A stretch of 27,146 nt of DNA from an uncultured Deinococcales bacterium (GTDB lineage Bacteria > Deinococcota > Deinococci > Deinococcales > JAAFIG01): the NCBI GenBank assembly GCA_964247135.1, contig CAXTTL010000037.1, positions 1 to 27,146 of the forward strand. Reading direction: 5' to 3'. Numbering within the stretch: position 1 is the first letter of the stretch; the number at the start of each line of letters is the position of its first letter. The translations under genes were made by a program, and so were the position numbers. Under the pieces are notes generated by a model. The model was given only the letters and a program-made list of their open reading frames with translations. It was not told the origin of the DNA and did not search any database. This document shows, piece after piece, positions 17,556 to 26,145 of this stretch.

Positions 17556-18636
17556 TAACGGCTCGAGTTTGCTGCTCGAGAATCATGAACCTCGAGCGTT
17601 TGGGTCTGACAAACTTTTGATTATTGCAGGGTGGAAGAAAAATCGGCGCTTTTGGTACCATTGCTCAGCTTGACCGAAACGGAGGTGGTTGAGCTTCCGC
17701 TGACCACGGCGGTTGAGCCGTCGGCGCCGGTCATCGTCACCAGGCTGCCGCTGCCCAACGTCCCCGCGCTGTTCCAACCCCAAGAATTGTATTGAAAGCT
17801 GCTTTGCCCCGCGCTGCCTGCCAAACTTGTGGTCACGGTAAAAGCCTTGTTAAACCCGCCGCCGCCCGAATACTTGTATTTGAGCTGAAAGGCTGGGAAA
17901 TCAAACTGACAGGCTGGCACATCAAAAAAACCCACCTGTTCGCAGGTCGCCGTGCCCTGAATCGGTCCAGAACCCAGATAGGACTGATCGAAGACCAGGT
18001 TGTAGGTGAATGAAACTTTATAATCGCTCTCGCTGACATACCTGAGCACCAGAAAATCAAGTGAGCCATTGAACTTGGTTTTGACCACCGCCTTGGAGTT
18101 GTCTGGGTTGGTGTATGAATTTCCTCCGTAGTCAAAATTGGCATAGACAATGTGCTGCGTGTAACCGACGCCGACGGTTCCGACCGAACTGACCGTGTAA
18201 CTTCCGGTGCAGGTCAGGTGTCGGGCTGGGTCGGCGCAGTCCACGGTTTCGTTGACGGCTGTAAAAGGATTGAGTTGGGTCGCCGGAGTTGCTCCGACCA
18301 TCGCTCGAGAGGCAAAATACAAACGCGTGGCTTTCATGGCTGCCGCCGCAACCGAATCTGCCTGAACTTGGGTAAAACCTGAAGGCTCTGGCGTCGAGCC
18401 GCCACAAGCAGTCAGGAGAGAACAAACCAGAAAATACGCAAGGATCAAACTGAAACGCGCCATGTTAAAACCCCCAATTCCATCTCAATATAGCAGGAGT
18501 TTCAGATGGGTTTAATGTCGTATTGGTAAAGTACCGTGACTCAAATGCCGTTTTGCTCGAGGTATTTGCGCGTGGTTTGGTCTGACGGGATGATATTCAA
18601 TTGGCAGAAATTGGCGTGAGGGCAATCACGGGTTAA
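17511..18636 (+). repeat. Diverged direct repeat of the GlcG gene 3' end (17511-17555 and 18592-18636) flanking a lipoprotein gene
   Basis: 38 of 45 nt are identical by hand alignment. The copies encode DIELAEIGVKAITG* and DIQLAEIGVRAITG*. Confidence 0.85.
17621..18463 (-). CDS. Hypothetical lipoprotein, Ser/Thr/Gly-rich and beta-rich
   Basis: Lipobox LLTA-C followed by GGS. Four further Cys. RBS GGGGG. Confidence 0.8.
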   Translation of the reverse strand: MARFSLILAYFLVCSLLTACGGSTPEPSGFTQVQADSVAAAAMKATRLYFASRAMVGATPATQLNPFTAVNETVDCADPARHLTCTGSYTVSSVGTVGVGYTQHIVYANFDYGGNSYTNPDNSKAVVKTKFNGSLDFLVLRYVSESDYKVSFTYNLVFDQSYLGSGPIQGTATCEQVGFFDVPACQFDFPAFQLKYKYSGGGGFNKAFTVTTSLAGSAGQSSFQYNSWGWNSAGTLGSGSLVTMTGADGSTAVVSGSSTTSVSVKLSNGTKSADFSSTLQ

Positions 18637-19739
18637 GGATTTGCTCGAGATTTGTTGTCAAAAACCATCATGAACATAAACCCGATGACCAACACAATGA
18701 TTTGCGTAAAACCACCAAAATAAAGTCCAATCGGAATCGTGGCAAATGCCATCAGTGCCGCCAGGAACCTCGAGTGGTTCGGGGCAATGCCAACAATCTG
18801 ACGAAACCAAGTTTGACCCAGCAGGTACAAGCCAATACCAAGACCCAAACTCCAGGCGGCGGCTTGCGAGTTGCTGTGCAGTTGCTCGATTACTTTTTTG
18901 ATGCCAGCCGCCGAGATCACGATGCCCAGAATCAAGACCAGATGCGCGTAACCATAACCGAGCAAGGCAATTCGTGCTCGAGTTAACGCGTCGGCTCGAG
19001 ACAGCGCCCGCTCGCCCCTGGCATCGTCTTGGTTAAAATAGACCCACCACAGACAGGCGCTCAAGGTCAGCCCCAGCAGGCACGCCAGAATCAAAGGCAG
19101 ACCGATGGGTTCTTGTTTGGCACCGACCCCAATACCCACCACCGATTCGCCGAGCGCAATCAAAATCACCAAACCGTGACGTTCGGCAAAATGACTGGCT
19201 TGCAAGGTGAAACCGCGCTCTCGACGAAAAAAGCTCGAAGAGATCAAAATCAAAAACGCCAACAGCCACAGCAAAATTCTGAATGGATTCTCGAGCAGCG
19301 AGGCGGCAAGCAAACACGCGCAGGCGCTCAAATTGAACGGCGCGATGTCCCAAATGGCTTGGGCTGAAGAATTGTTCGCCTGGGTGAACAAGCCCAAATG
19401 AATTAAAATGACCAACAGGTATGCCAGAGCGAACGCCAAGCCAGCCGTTTGAAAGGCGAGCGGTATTGCCAGCGCGATGATGAGAAAACCCGCCATCGCC
19501 AATAAAATGAGCACTCGAGGTTTGAAGAGTTGCATGTTGGTGTTGTTGGTCAGCCAAACATAACCCGAATACATCCACCAGATGATCGCCAAGATGAGCG
19601 GAATTTCCAACCACTCGAGAATTGTGTGCGCCCCGAGCACCAGTTCGGTCAGTTGCGTGATGGTGAAAACAAAAATCAGATCAAAAAACAACTCGAGCGT
19701 GCTGACTTTAACGGGTTCGCTCGAGGTCTCCGAGTGCAT
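18633..19739 (-). CDS. ltrA: Low temperature requirement protein A family membrane protein
   Basis: VSTLELFFDLIFV, WW, HFAERHGL..LIALGES, WW.YF, Y.H. Leaderless, with TAGAAT at 19751-19746. Confidence 0.9.
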   Translation of the reverse strand: MHSETSSEPVKVSTLELFFDLIFVFTITQLTELVLGAHTILEWLEIPLILAIIWWMYSGYVWLTNNTNMQLFKPRVLILLAMAGFLIIALAIPLAFQTAGLAFALAYLLVILIHLGLFTQANNSSAQAIWDIAPFNLSACACLLAASLLENPFRILLWLLAFLILISSSFFRRERGFTLQASHFAERHGLVILIALGESVVGIGVGAKQEPIGLPLILACLLGLTLSACLWWVYFNQDDARGERALSRADALTRARIALLGYGYAHLVLILGIVISAAGIKKVIEQLHSNSQAAAWSLGLGIGLYLLGQTWFRQIVGIAPNHSRFLAALMAFATIPIGLYFGGFTQIIVLVIGFMFMMVFDNKSRANP

Positions 19740-19771
19740 GGTTTTATTCTACGTCGGATGCCCAGGAGGAC

Positions 19772-20752
19772 TTAATTGACTTCAGGAAAAGTTCTGACAG
19801 TGTGCGGCTGATAGTACACGGCAGCCCCAGGTGTCAGCGCTCCCTCGAGTTGTGCTTTACCGATCTCGATCTCGATGGGGGCGGACACGCTGTCGTCTTC
19901 AATTTCGAGCCGGGCGTTCGCGCCGACCAGACGCATGAATTTGAGGGTCCCCTCGCGGTAACCTGGGCGCGGGACGCTCGAGACATGAAACTCGTGCGGA
20001 CGCACCAGACCGTCCGGCAGGGCGTTGGAGCGTCCCAGAAAGTGATAGACAAACCCCGAGGCTGGATGGTCATACACCGCCTCCGGCGTGCCGAGCTGTT
20101 CGATCCTGCCCGCGTTGAAAACCGCCACGCGATCCGCAATCTCGAGCGCCTCGTCCTGATCGTGGGTGACAAACACGCTGGTCAAATGAATCTCGTCGTG
20201 CAGGCGGCGCAACCAGTCGCGCAACTCTTCGCGCACCTTGGCATCGAGCGCCCCAAAAGGTTCATCGAGCAGGAGCACGTTCGGTTCGACCGCCAGCGCT
20301 CGAGCCAGCGCGATGCGTTGACGTTGCCCGCCCGAAAGTTGCCAGGGGTGACGGCGTTCGGCAAAATCGAGTTGCACCAGTTTTAGAAGTTCGCGCACGC
20401 GTTTCTCGATCTCGAGCCTGCTCGGACGCGTTTCCCTGGGGCGCACCCGCAAGCCGAAAGCGACGTTTTCAAACACGGTCATGTGCTTGAACAGCGCGTA
20501 ATGTTGAAACACAAAACCCACGCCGCGCTCGCCCGGGGCGCGTTCGGTGGCGTCGATACCGTCAAACAGAATGCGTCCCGAATCTGGCGCTTCAAGACCC
20601 GCTATCGCCCGCAGCAGCGTGGTCTTTCCCGAACCGCTCGGTCCGAGCAGCGCCACCAGTTCGCCGCTCTCGACGTTCAGGTTAACGTTCTCGAGCGCGG
20701 CGGTTTTGCTCGCGCCAAAGTGCTTGGAGACATTCTCGACTGTTATGTTCAT
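19772..20752 (-). CDS. cysA: Sulfate/thiosulfate ABC transporter ATP-binding subunit
   Basis: [48 protein letters not shown]. Start set at ATG 20752 after GAGG. Confidence 0.95.
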   Translation of the reverse strand: MNITVENVSKHFGASKTAALENVNLNVESGELVALLGPSGSGKTTLLRAIAGLEAPDSGRILFDGIDATERAPGERGVGFVFQHYALFKHMTVFENVAFGLRVRPRETRPSRLEIEKRVRELLKLVQLDFAERRHPWQLSGGQRQRIALARALAVEPNVLLLDEPFGALDAKVREELRDWLRRLHDEIHLTSVFVTHDQDEALEIADRVAVFNAGRIEQLGTPEAVYDHPASGFVYHFLGRSNALPDGLVRPHEFHVSSVPRPGYREGTLKFMRLVGANARLEIEDDSVSAPIEIEIGKAQLEGALTPGAAVYYQPHTVRTFPEVN

Positions 20753-20790
20753 GCTCGTAACCTCGTGGGAATATTCATGCTTGGGATTTT

Positions 20791-20846
20791 GTAGGGTGCG
20801 CTCCGCGCACCGTTGCATCAATGATGGTGCGCAAGGCGCACCCTAC
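20791..20846. repeat. Inverted REP doublet (REPIN-like) between cysW and cysA
   Basis: GTAGGGTGCGCTCCGCGCACC (20791-20811) and its inverted partner GGTGCGCAAGGCGCACCCTAC (20826-20846). Each is a GTAG-tailed hairpin. Confidence 0.8.
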
Positions 20847-20894
20847 GCAACTGCTTTTATAGTGTGACAATCCACTCGTAACCTCAAAAGAATT

Positions 20895-21776
20895 TCATAC
20901 TTGGGATTTCGCCTCGAGCTTGCCGCGCCACTCGAGCAGGGCTTTGACGACCAGCGTCACCAGTGCCAGCGCCGCCAGCAAACTGGCAATGGCAAAGGCG
21001 GAAACCGTGTTGTACTCGTTGTAAAGCATCTCGATTTGTAACGGCACGGTGGCGGTCAAACCACGAATCTTGCCGCTGACCACGCTGACCGCACCAAATT
21101 CGCCCATCGCTCGGGCGTTGCACATGATGATGCCGTACAGCAAACCCCATTTGACATTTGGTAGGGTTACAAACCTGAAAACCTGCCACCCCCGAGCGCC
21201 CAAGGTCACGGCAGCCTCCTCCTCCTCGCGCCCCTGGGATTGCATGACCGGAATCAACTCTCGGGCGACAAACGAGAAGGTCACAAACGTGGTGGCGAGC
21301 GCGATGCCTGGGGTGGCGAAAATGATTTTGATGTTTTGCGCCTCGAGCCACGGTCCCAGCACGCCCTGACGCCCGAACAGCAGCACGTAAATCAAGCCCG
21401 CAATCACGGGGGAAACAGCCAGCGGTAGGTCAATCAATGAGATCAGCAGGCTGCGCCCTGGAAAACGAAACTTGGCGATCAACCACGCGGCAGCCACCCC
21501 AAACAGCGTGTTGAGCGGCACGGCAATGGCAATCACACCCAGCGTTAGTCCAATCGCCTTGAGCGCGTCGGGGTCAGTGACCGAAGCGCCGTAACGCGAA
21601 ATCCCAGCCCGCAACGCCTCGCAAAACACGGTCACGAGCGGCAGCACCAACAGCACCAGCACAAAAAAGAGCGCCAAACCGATCAGCAGCGCCCGCACCC
21701 ACAAGGGTTCAGCTCGAGAATGGGCTTTGCGCCTCGAGACTGGTGGTGTGCGGGGCAGGGTAATGGCGGGTCTCAT
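20895..21776 (-). CDS. cysW: Sulfate ABC transporter permease CysW
   Basis: DLPLAVSPVIAGL, VARELIPVMQSQG..EEEAA, LPNVKWGLLYG, NARAMGEFGAVSVVSG. ATGA overlap with cysT. Confidence 0.95.
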   Translation of the reverse strand: MRPAITLPRTPPVSRRKAHSRAEPLWVRALLIGLALFFVLVLLVLPLVTVFCEALRAGISRYGASVTDPDALKAIGLTLGVIAIAVPLNTLFGVAAAWLIAKFRFPGRSLLISLIDLPLAVSPVIAGLIYVLLFGRQGVLGPWLEAQNIKIIFATPGIALATTFVTFSFVARELIPVMQSQGREEEEAAVTLGARGWQVFRFVTLPNVKWGLLYGIIMCNARAMGEFGAVSVVSGKIRGLTATVPLQIEMLYNEYNTVSAFAIASLLAALALVTLVVKALLEWRGKLEAKSQV

Positions 21777-22630
21777 TCGCCCACCACCTTGGACGCCCTG
21801 GCTTGGGCGAGGTTGGCGAGCAAGAGCAGGATGAGTGACAGCCCGAGCATCAGCACCGCAATCGCGGCTGCGCCGGCGTAATTGTAAGACTCGAGTTGCG
21901 CCACGATCAGCAGGGGAGCAATTTCGGTTTTGAACGGCAAGTTACCGGAAATAAAAATCACGCTGCCGTACTCGCCGACGGTTCGCGCAAACGCCAAGGT
22001 GAAGCCCGCCAGAATCGCGGGCAGCAGTTGCGGCAAGACCACCCGCGCAAAGGTTTGCCCCCAAGATGCCCCCAGGCTGAGCGCCGCCTCTTCGACCTCT
22101 GAGCCGAGTCCCTCGAGCACCGGTTGAACGCTGCGAACGGCAAATGGCAAGCCGATGAACACCAGCGCCAGCACAATGCCCAGTTGGGTGTACGCCACCC
22201 GAATCCCGAGCGGCTCGAGCAGCCCGCCGACCCAGCCCGTCTTGGCAAAAAGTGTGGTCAAGGTGATGCCCGCCACGGCGGTCGGCAGTGCGAAGGGCAA
22301 GTCAATGAGCGCATCGATCAGGCGCTTGCCTGGAAACTCGTAACGCACCAGCACCCAGGCGATCAACAAGCCAATCGGAACGTTGAGTAAGGATGCGACC
22401 AGCGCCGAACCGAACGAGACGCGCAAGCCGGACAGCACCCGAGGGGACGTGGCGATTGTGAAGAACTCGAGCAGTGAAAGCCCGAAGGCTTTGACCACCA
22501 GCGCCGCCAGCGGAACAAGCACAATAAACGAGAGGTAAAAAACCGTGTAACCGAGCGACAAACCAAAGCCCGGCAGAATCTGCCGAGCGCGAGAACGCGA
22601 AGGACGTTGAACCGGCAAGGCTCGAGTCAC
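21773..22630 (-). CDS. cysT: Sulfate ABC transporter permease CysT (CysU)
   Basis: LPGFGLSLG, DLPFALPTAVAG, LPFAVRSVQPVL, EEAA.SLGA, GEYGSVIFISGN. Exact start is uncertain. Confidence 0.93.
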   Translation of the reverse strand: MTRALPVQRPSRSRARQILPGFGLSLGYTVFYLSFIVLVPLAALVVKAFGLSLLEFFTIATSPRVLSGLRVSFGSALVASLLNVPIGLLIAWVLVRYEFPGKRLIDALIDLPFALPTAVAGITLTTLFAKTGWVGGLLEPLGIRVAYTQLGIVLALVFIGLPFAVRSVQPVLEGLGSEVEEAALSLGASWGQTFARVVLPQLLPAILAGFTLAFARTVGEYGSVIFISGNLPFKTEIAPLLIVAQLESYNYAGAAAIAVLMLGLSLILLLLANLAQARASKVVGE

Positions 22631-22739
22631 CAGAGGACCGATTTTTTGAAGCTCGAGAATGGATGGTTTGGCATGGAATTCCTTAAAACGTATCTATGAA
22701 TTCGATTGGAACGAAGACATGACGAAGGTTTGTTGTGCT

Positions 22740-22801
22740 GGCGATAAGCTCCAAGGAACAGAGGTTTTTGGTTTAAAGCTTATCGCTTGGAGCTTATCGC
22801 C
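22740..22801. repeat. Perfect 16-bp inverted repeat between sbp and cysT
   Basis: GGCGATAAGCTCCAAG (22740-22755) pairs with CTTGGAGCTTATCGCC (22786-22801). An extra AGCTTATCGC copy lies at 22777-22786. Confidence 0.75.
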
Positions 22802-22841
22802 TTGCTGCCTGTCACTCTCGAGACACCTTCATCAACACCCT

Positions 22842-23843
22842 CTAACGCGGTTGATAAATTTGATCGAACACGCCGTTGTCATTAAAGAATTTCTTTTGGG
22901 TGTCGCGCCAACTGCCAAAGGTTGAGCGCAGCGTAAAGAGTTTGAGTTTTGGGAACTGTGCCGCGTACTTTTTTGCAACGCTCGAGTTGCGCGGACGGTA
23001 GTAATTTTTGGCGATGATCTCTTGCCCTTCCGGCGTGTACAAGAATTGCAGATAGGCTTTGGCGACCTCGGTCGTGCCGTGCTTGGCAGCGTTCTTTTCA
23101 ACCACGGCGACAGGTGGCTCTGCCAGGATGCTGGTGGGCGGGGCGACAATCTCGAACTGGTTTTTCTGCTCGCGGATTGCCAGAATCGCCTCGTTCTCCC
23201 AGGCGAGCAGCACGTCACCGATGCCGCGCTCGACGAAGGTGGTGGTCGAACCTCGAGCGCCAGAGTCGAGCACGGGGACGTTCTGGTAGAGCTTGCCGAC
23301 GAAGGCTTTTGCGCCAGCCTCAGTGCCGGTTTTTTTCAGGGCGTGACCCCATGCCGCCAGAAAATTCCAGCGTGCGCCACCCGAGGTTTTGGGGTTTGGC
23401 GTGATGACCTGCACGCCAGGTTTGACCAGGTCGTCCCAGTCTTTGATGCCTTTGGGATTGCCTTTGCGCACCAAAAACACGATGGTCGAAGTGTACGGAC
23501 TCGAGTTGTTAGCGAGCAGATACTGCCAGTCTTTGCCGAGCAAACCCTTGTCGGCAATCGCGTCGATGTCCCATGCCAGCGCCAGGGTCACGACATCCGC
23601 CTCAAGACCATCGATCACGGCTCAAGCTTGAGCGCCCGAACCGCCGTGCGATTGGTTGATGGTCACGGTCTTGCCCGTTTTGGCGGCGTAAGCCTTGGAA
23701 AAGGCAGGGTTGATGGCTTGGTACAACTCTCGGGTTGGGTCATAGGAAACGTTTAAAAGCGTGACGGTATTCGATTGCGTCAGGGCGCTCGAGGTGATGG
23801 CGGCGGCAAGTGAGGCGGTCAACAAGGTTGGAAGAAATTTCAT
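22842..23843 (-). pseudogene. sbp: Sulfate-binding periplasmic protein interrupted by an in-frame TGA at codon 74
   Basis: ORFs 23622-23843 and 22842-23618 share one frame and read [13 protein letters not shown]...[18 protein letters not shown]...[10 protein letters not shown], where * replaces a conserved Arg. RBS AGGAG and a signal peptide are present. Confidence 0.85.
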
Positions 23844-24023
23844 GAGACTCCTAAAAACGTTTTGAAGGGGTTTGGAAACGAGGTGATGAATTTTTCAATA
23901 GCCTCAACATCGCCGAGGACAAATTTGACCGATAAATAACATCGGACACCCGCTTTCTCGAGCTTGGGAATCAAGTGATTCTTTGCTTGGCGTGTGGTGT
24001 GGGTTTTGGTTTTTAAAAGAATT

Positions 24024-24089
24024 TCAGAACGCCGAACAACAACCCGACATTCGGGTGGGACACATTCGCTGATTTATCTTTTTGGTCAT
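24024..24089 (-). CDS. Putative Cys/Met-rich leader peptide (MTKKINQRMCPTRMSGCCSAF)
   Basis: RBS GAGGA precedes the ATG. Six of 21 residues are Cys or Met. Ends 180 nt upstream of sbp on the same strand. Confidence 0.7.
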   Translation of the reverse strand: MTKKINQRMCPTRMSGCCSAF

Positions 24090-24141
24090 GGTTTCCTCGA
24101 GTGAATGTTTGAGGTGATTGCCGAAGCCGGCTTCTCAACTT

Positions 24142-24169
24142 TACTAATAGTTTATAAAACTTGTAAGTA
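24142..24169. promoter_or_regulatory. AT-rich imperfect palindrome, candidate operator/promoter of the sulfate operon
   Basis: TACTAATAGTTTATAAAACTTGTAAGTA with core AGTTT-ATA-AAACT. A minus-strand TAAAGT -10 candidate abuts it. Confidence 0.4.
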
Positions 24170-24348
24170 TTTGGGATTACATTGACTCAAGACTTTCAGC
24201 ACCATCAGCACCGACCGTTAATGTTGCTGGCTCGAGCCTCCTAGAAATTTCAAAAGCAACTGTCTGTCAGCGCTTGAATCTGTCCTCAAAATGGCTTTGA
24301 GAATGAAGGCTGTACAATGCAAAAGTGTTCCCAATGAAAGGAATCCTG

Positions 24349-25161
24349 ATGCAAAAAAACTTTGGTTTTATCAGTGCCATGCTGCTTACCGCCTCCATGC
24401 TGGCGTGTGCGCCCGCACCCAGTCAACCGCCCGCGCCCGCGCCTGCAAAACCAGTGGCAACCAGCCAACCCGTATCGCCAACGTCACCGAGCGAACCCGC
24501 ACCGCCATTGATGACCGAACCCACGCCGCCTGCCAACACCAATCCAACACCGGCAATGCCGCCTGCCAGCGCCGAACCTGTCCCTCCAACGCCACCAGTC
24601 ACCCCAGTGCCTCCAACCACCGACCCCATGACCGCCACCCCACCCACACCACCCGCAAGCACCGAACCCACACCGCCAACCGCCACTGAACCGACCCCGC
24701 CAACATCACCAACCTCGAGCATCCCGGTCAACGTTTTGCCCGTTTCTTACACCGCCACGGCTGGCGACAAAACGTACCTCGATGAGACAGGCAAGCAACT
24801 GACCGACACGGTTTTGGGCGGCGATCTGTTCAACGCCAAGATCACGGGCATTGCCGCCTACGAATGGGTCGGATGGGCAAACAAAGACGCCAGCCTGGGC
24901 TTTGAATTTGGTCAAGAACGCAAATTCTCCAAGGTCAGAATTGGTTTTAACCACAACGAAACCGCCGGAATCTTGCTGCCCAAGAACGTCACCATCAACG
25001 ATCAGGTTTTCCCACTCAAGGGCAACGAGGTGCCAAACCTCAAACGCGGATTTGTGACTTTTGACGTGAATTTCAGTTCCAGCACCGTCAGCATCAAACT
25101 TGAGCGCAACCCCAGCCGTCAATGGATGATGGTGGACGAAGTGCGTTTTGAAGCCAGGTAA
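24349..25161 (+). CDS. Lipoprotein with a Pro/Thr-rich stalk and a C-terminal discoidin-like beta-sandwich domain
   Basis: RBS AAAGGA. Lipobox MLA-C. About 100 aa of P/T/S-rich sequence with TEPTPP x3, then QLTD...WVGW...FEFG..RKF..V.I...WMMVDEVRF. TACAAT -10 at 24313-24318; GTG 24325 is an alternative start. Confidence 0.8.
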   Translation: MQKNFGFISAMLLTASMLACAPAPSQPPAPAPAKPVATSQPVSPTSPSEPAPPLMTEPTPPANTNPTPAMPPASAEPVPPTPPVTPVPPTTDPMTATPPTPPASTEPTPPTATEPTPPTSPTSSIPVNVLPVSYTATAGDKTYLDETGKQLTDTVLGGDLFNAKITGIAAYEWVGWANKDASLGFEFGQERKFSKVRIGFNHNETAGILLPKNVTINDQVFPLKGNEVPNLKRGFVTFDVNFSSSTVSIKLERNPSRQWMMVDEVRFEAR

Positions 25162-25230
25162 ACACGGTTCAGTAAGAACAGAAACTTGATGTATAATCTC
25201 CTTGAAACGTAATATCTCGAGGAGGTTTTG

Positions 25231-25692
25231 ATGAATACTGCACCAACCCCATCTCAGAAAAAGGCGCAAATGCTCGAGATTGTCAATACCTTTATCCAAA
25301 TCGCACCCGATAGCACCGCAACCAGAGCCATCATTCCCGAAGCTCGAGGTGAAAACAAAACGATTCAGGTCATTCAGTACGAATTGCTCAGCGCACAACC
25401 GTATGCGCTGACCTTAAACGAATTGATCTTTGAGGTGTTTGTGAAGCGCAACAACATCTCGAGCACCGACCTCGAGTTGCACAAAACCACGATCTGGACA
25501 GAATTGTTTTCCAAAGATCATCCGTGTATGCGAGCCTCGATGCTGCCCAAAAAATACGGTTGGGGTGTGCATTACAACGCGATTGGCAAAATTGGTTTGT
25601 ACGCCATCGAATCCAAGATGTACCAGCACCTGGCGGCTTTTGGTGATGGTGTGCAAAAAGTCGAATTTGCCATGCGCAGCAAGCGAGCATGA
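25231..25692 (+). CDS. DUF6157 family protein
   Basis: NTFIQIAPDS, QYELL..QPY, FSK..PCMRAS.LPKKYGWGVH, AMRSKR. RBS GAGGAGG and upstream TATAAT. Confidence 0.75.
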   Translation: MNTAPTPSQKKAQMLEIVNTFIQIAPDSTATRAIIPEARGENKTIQVIQYELLSAQPYALTLNELIFEVFVKRNNISSTDLELHKTTIWTELFSKDHPCMRASMLPKKYGWGVHYNAIGKIGLYAIESKMYQHLAAFGDGVQKVEFAMRSKRA

Positions 25693-25710
25693 GCCAAACA
25701 GGAGAAAATC

Positions 25711-26145
25711 ATGAGCCAAATTTTTACCGAAGTCATTCAAGCCCTGCTGACCGAAGCTTTTGAAGGCTCGAGCCAAGTTTGGTTTTCAGACCGCGACACG
25801 GGTTTGTTCTCGAGCGTCCAAGATTTAACCGCCGAACAGGTTTCCAAAACTGGCATCGCCGCACATGTTGAACACTTGCGTTGGTCGCTTTCCAAGGTCA
25901 ACGCCATGATGCGTGGCGAACGTCCCGCAATGGACTGGGCGCAAAGTTGGAGACTCAAAACCGTTTCAGAACCCGAGTGGCAAAGTTTGCTCGGGCAATT
26001 GCGACTCGAGTATCAAACGCTGCAAACCAACATGCCAGCCAACCCAGATTTGAATGATCGGATGTTTGTCACCAGTGGCGTCGCGCTCGTGGCTCATGCG
26101 GCGTATCACTTGGGAGCGATACGGCAAATGATGCTGGTTCAGTAA
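25711..26145 (+). CDS. DinB/YfiT-like four-helix bundle protein
   Basis: IAAHVEHL and HAAYHLGAIRQ His motifs. RBS AGGAG. Confidence 0.85.
   Translation: MSQIFTEVIQALLTEAFEGSSQVWFSDRDTGLFSSVQDLTAEQVSKTGIAAHVEHLRWSLSKVNAMMRGERPAMDWAQSWRLKTVSEPEWQSLLGQLRLEYQTLQTNMPANPDLNDRMFVTSGVALVAHAAYHLGAIRQMMLVQ

Noticed and set aside
20753-20821. N-terminal extension of CysA given by the ORF track
   Set aside because: It runs through the REP doublet. ATG 20752 has an SD and matches the normal CysA start.
23622-23624. Selenocysteine or alternative-code reading of the TGA in sbp
   Set aside because: The position is a conserved Arg, not Cys. No convincing SECIS hairpin follows, and TGA is a normal stop in several other genes here.
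23022-23756. Long antisense ORFs (also 673-1326, 2040-2630, 7931-8500, 15981-16688, 19802-20386, 24706-25398, 26545-27090)
   Set aside because: They are shadows of well-supported genes on the opposite strand and carry no motifs of their own.
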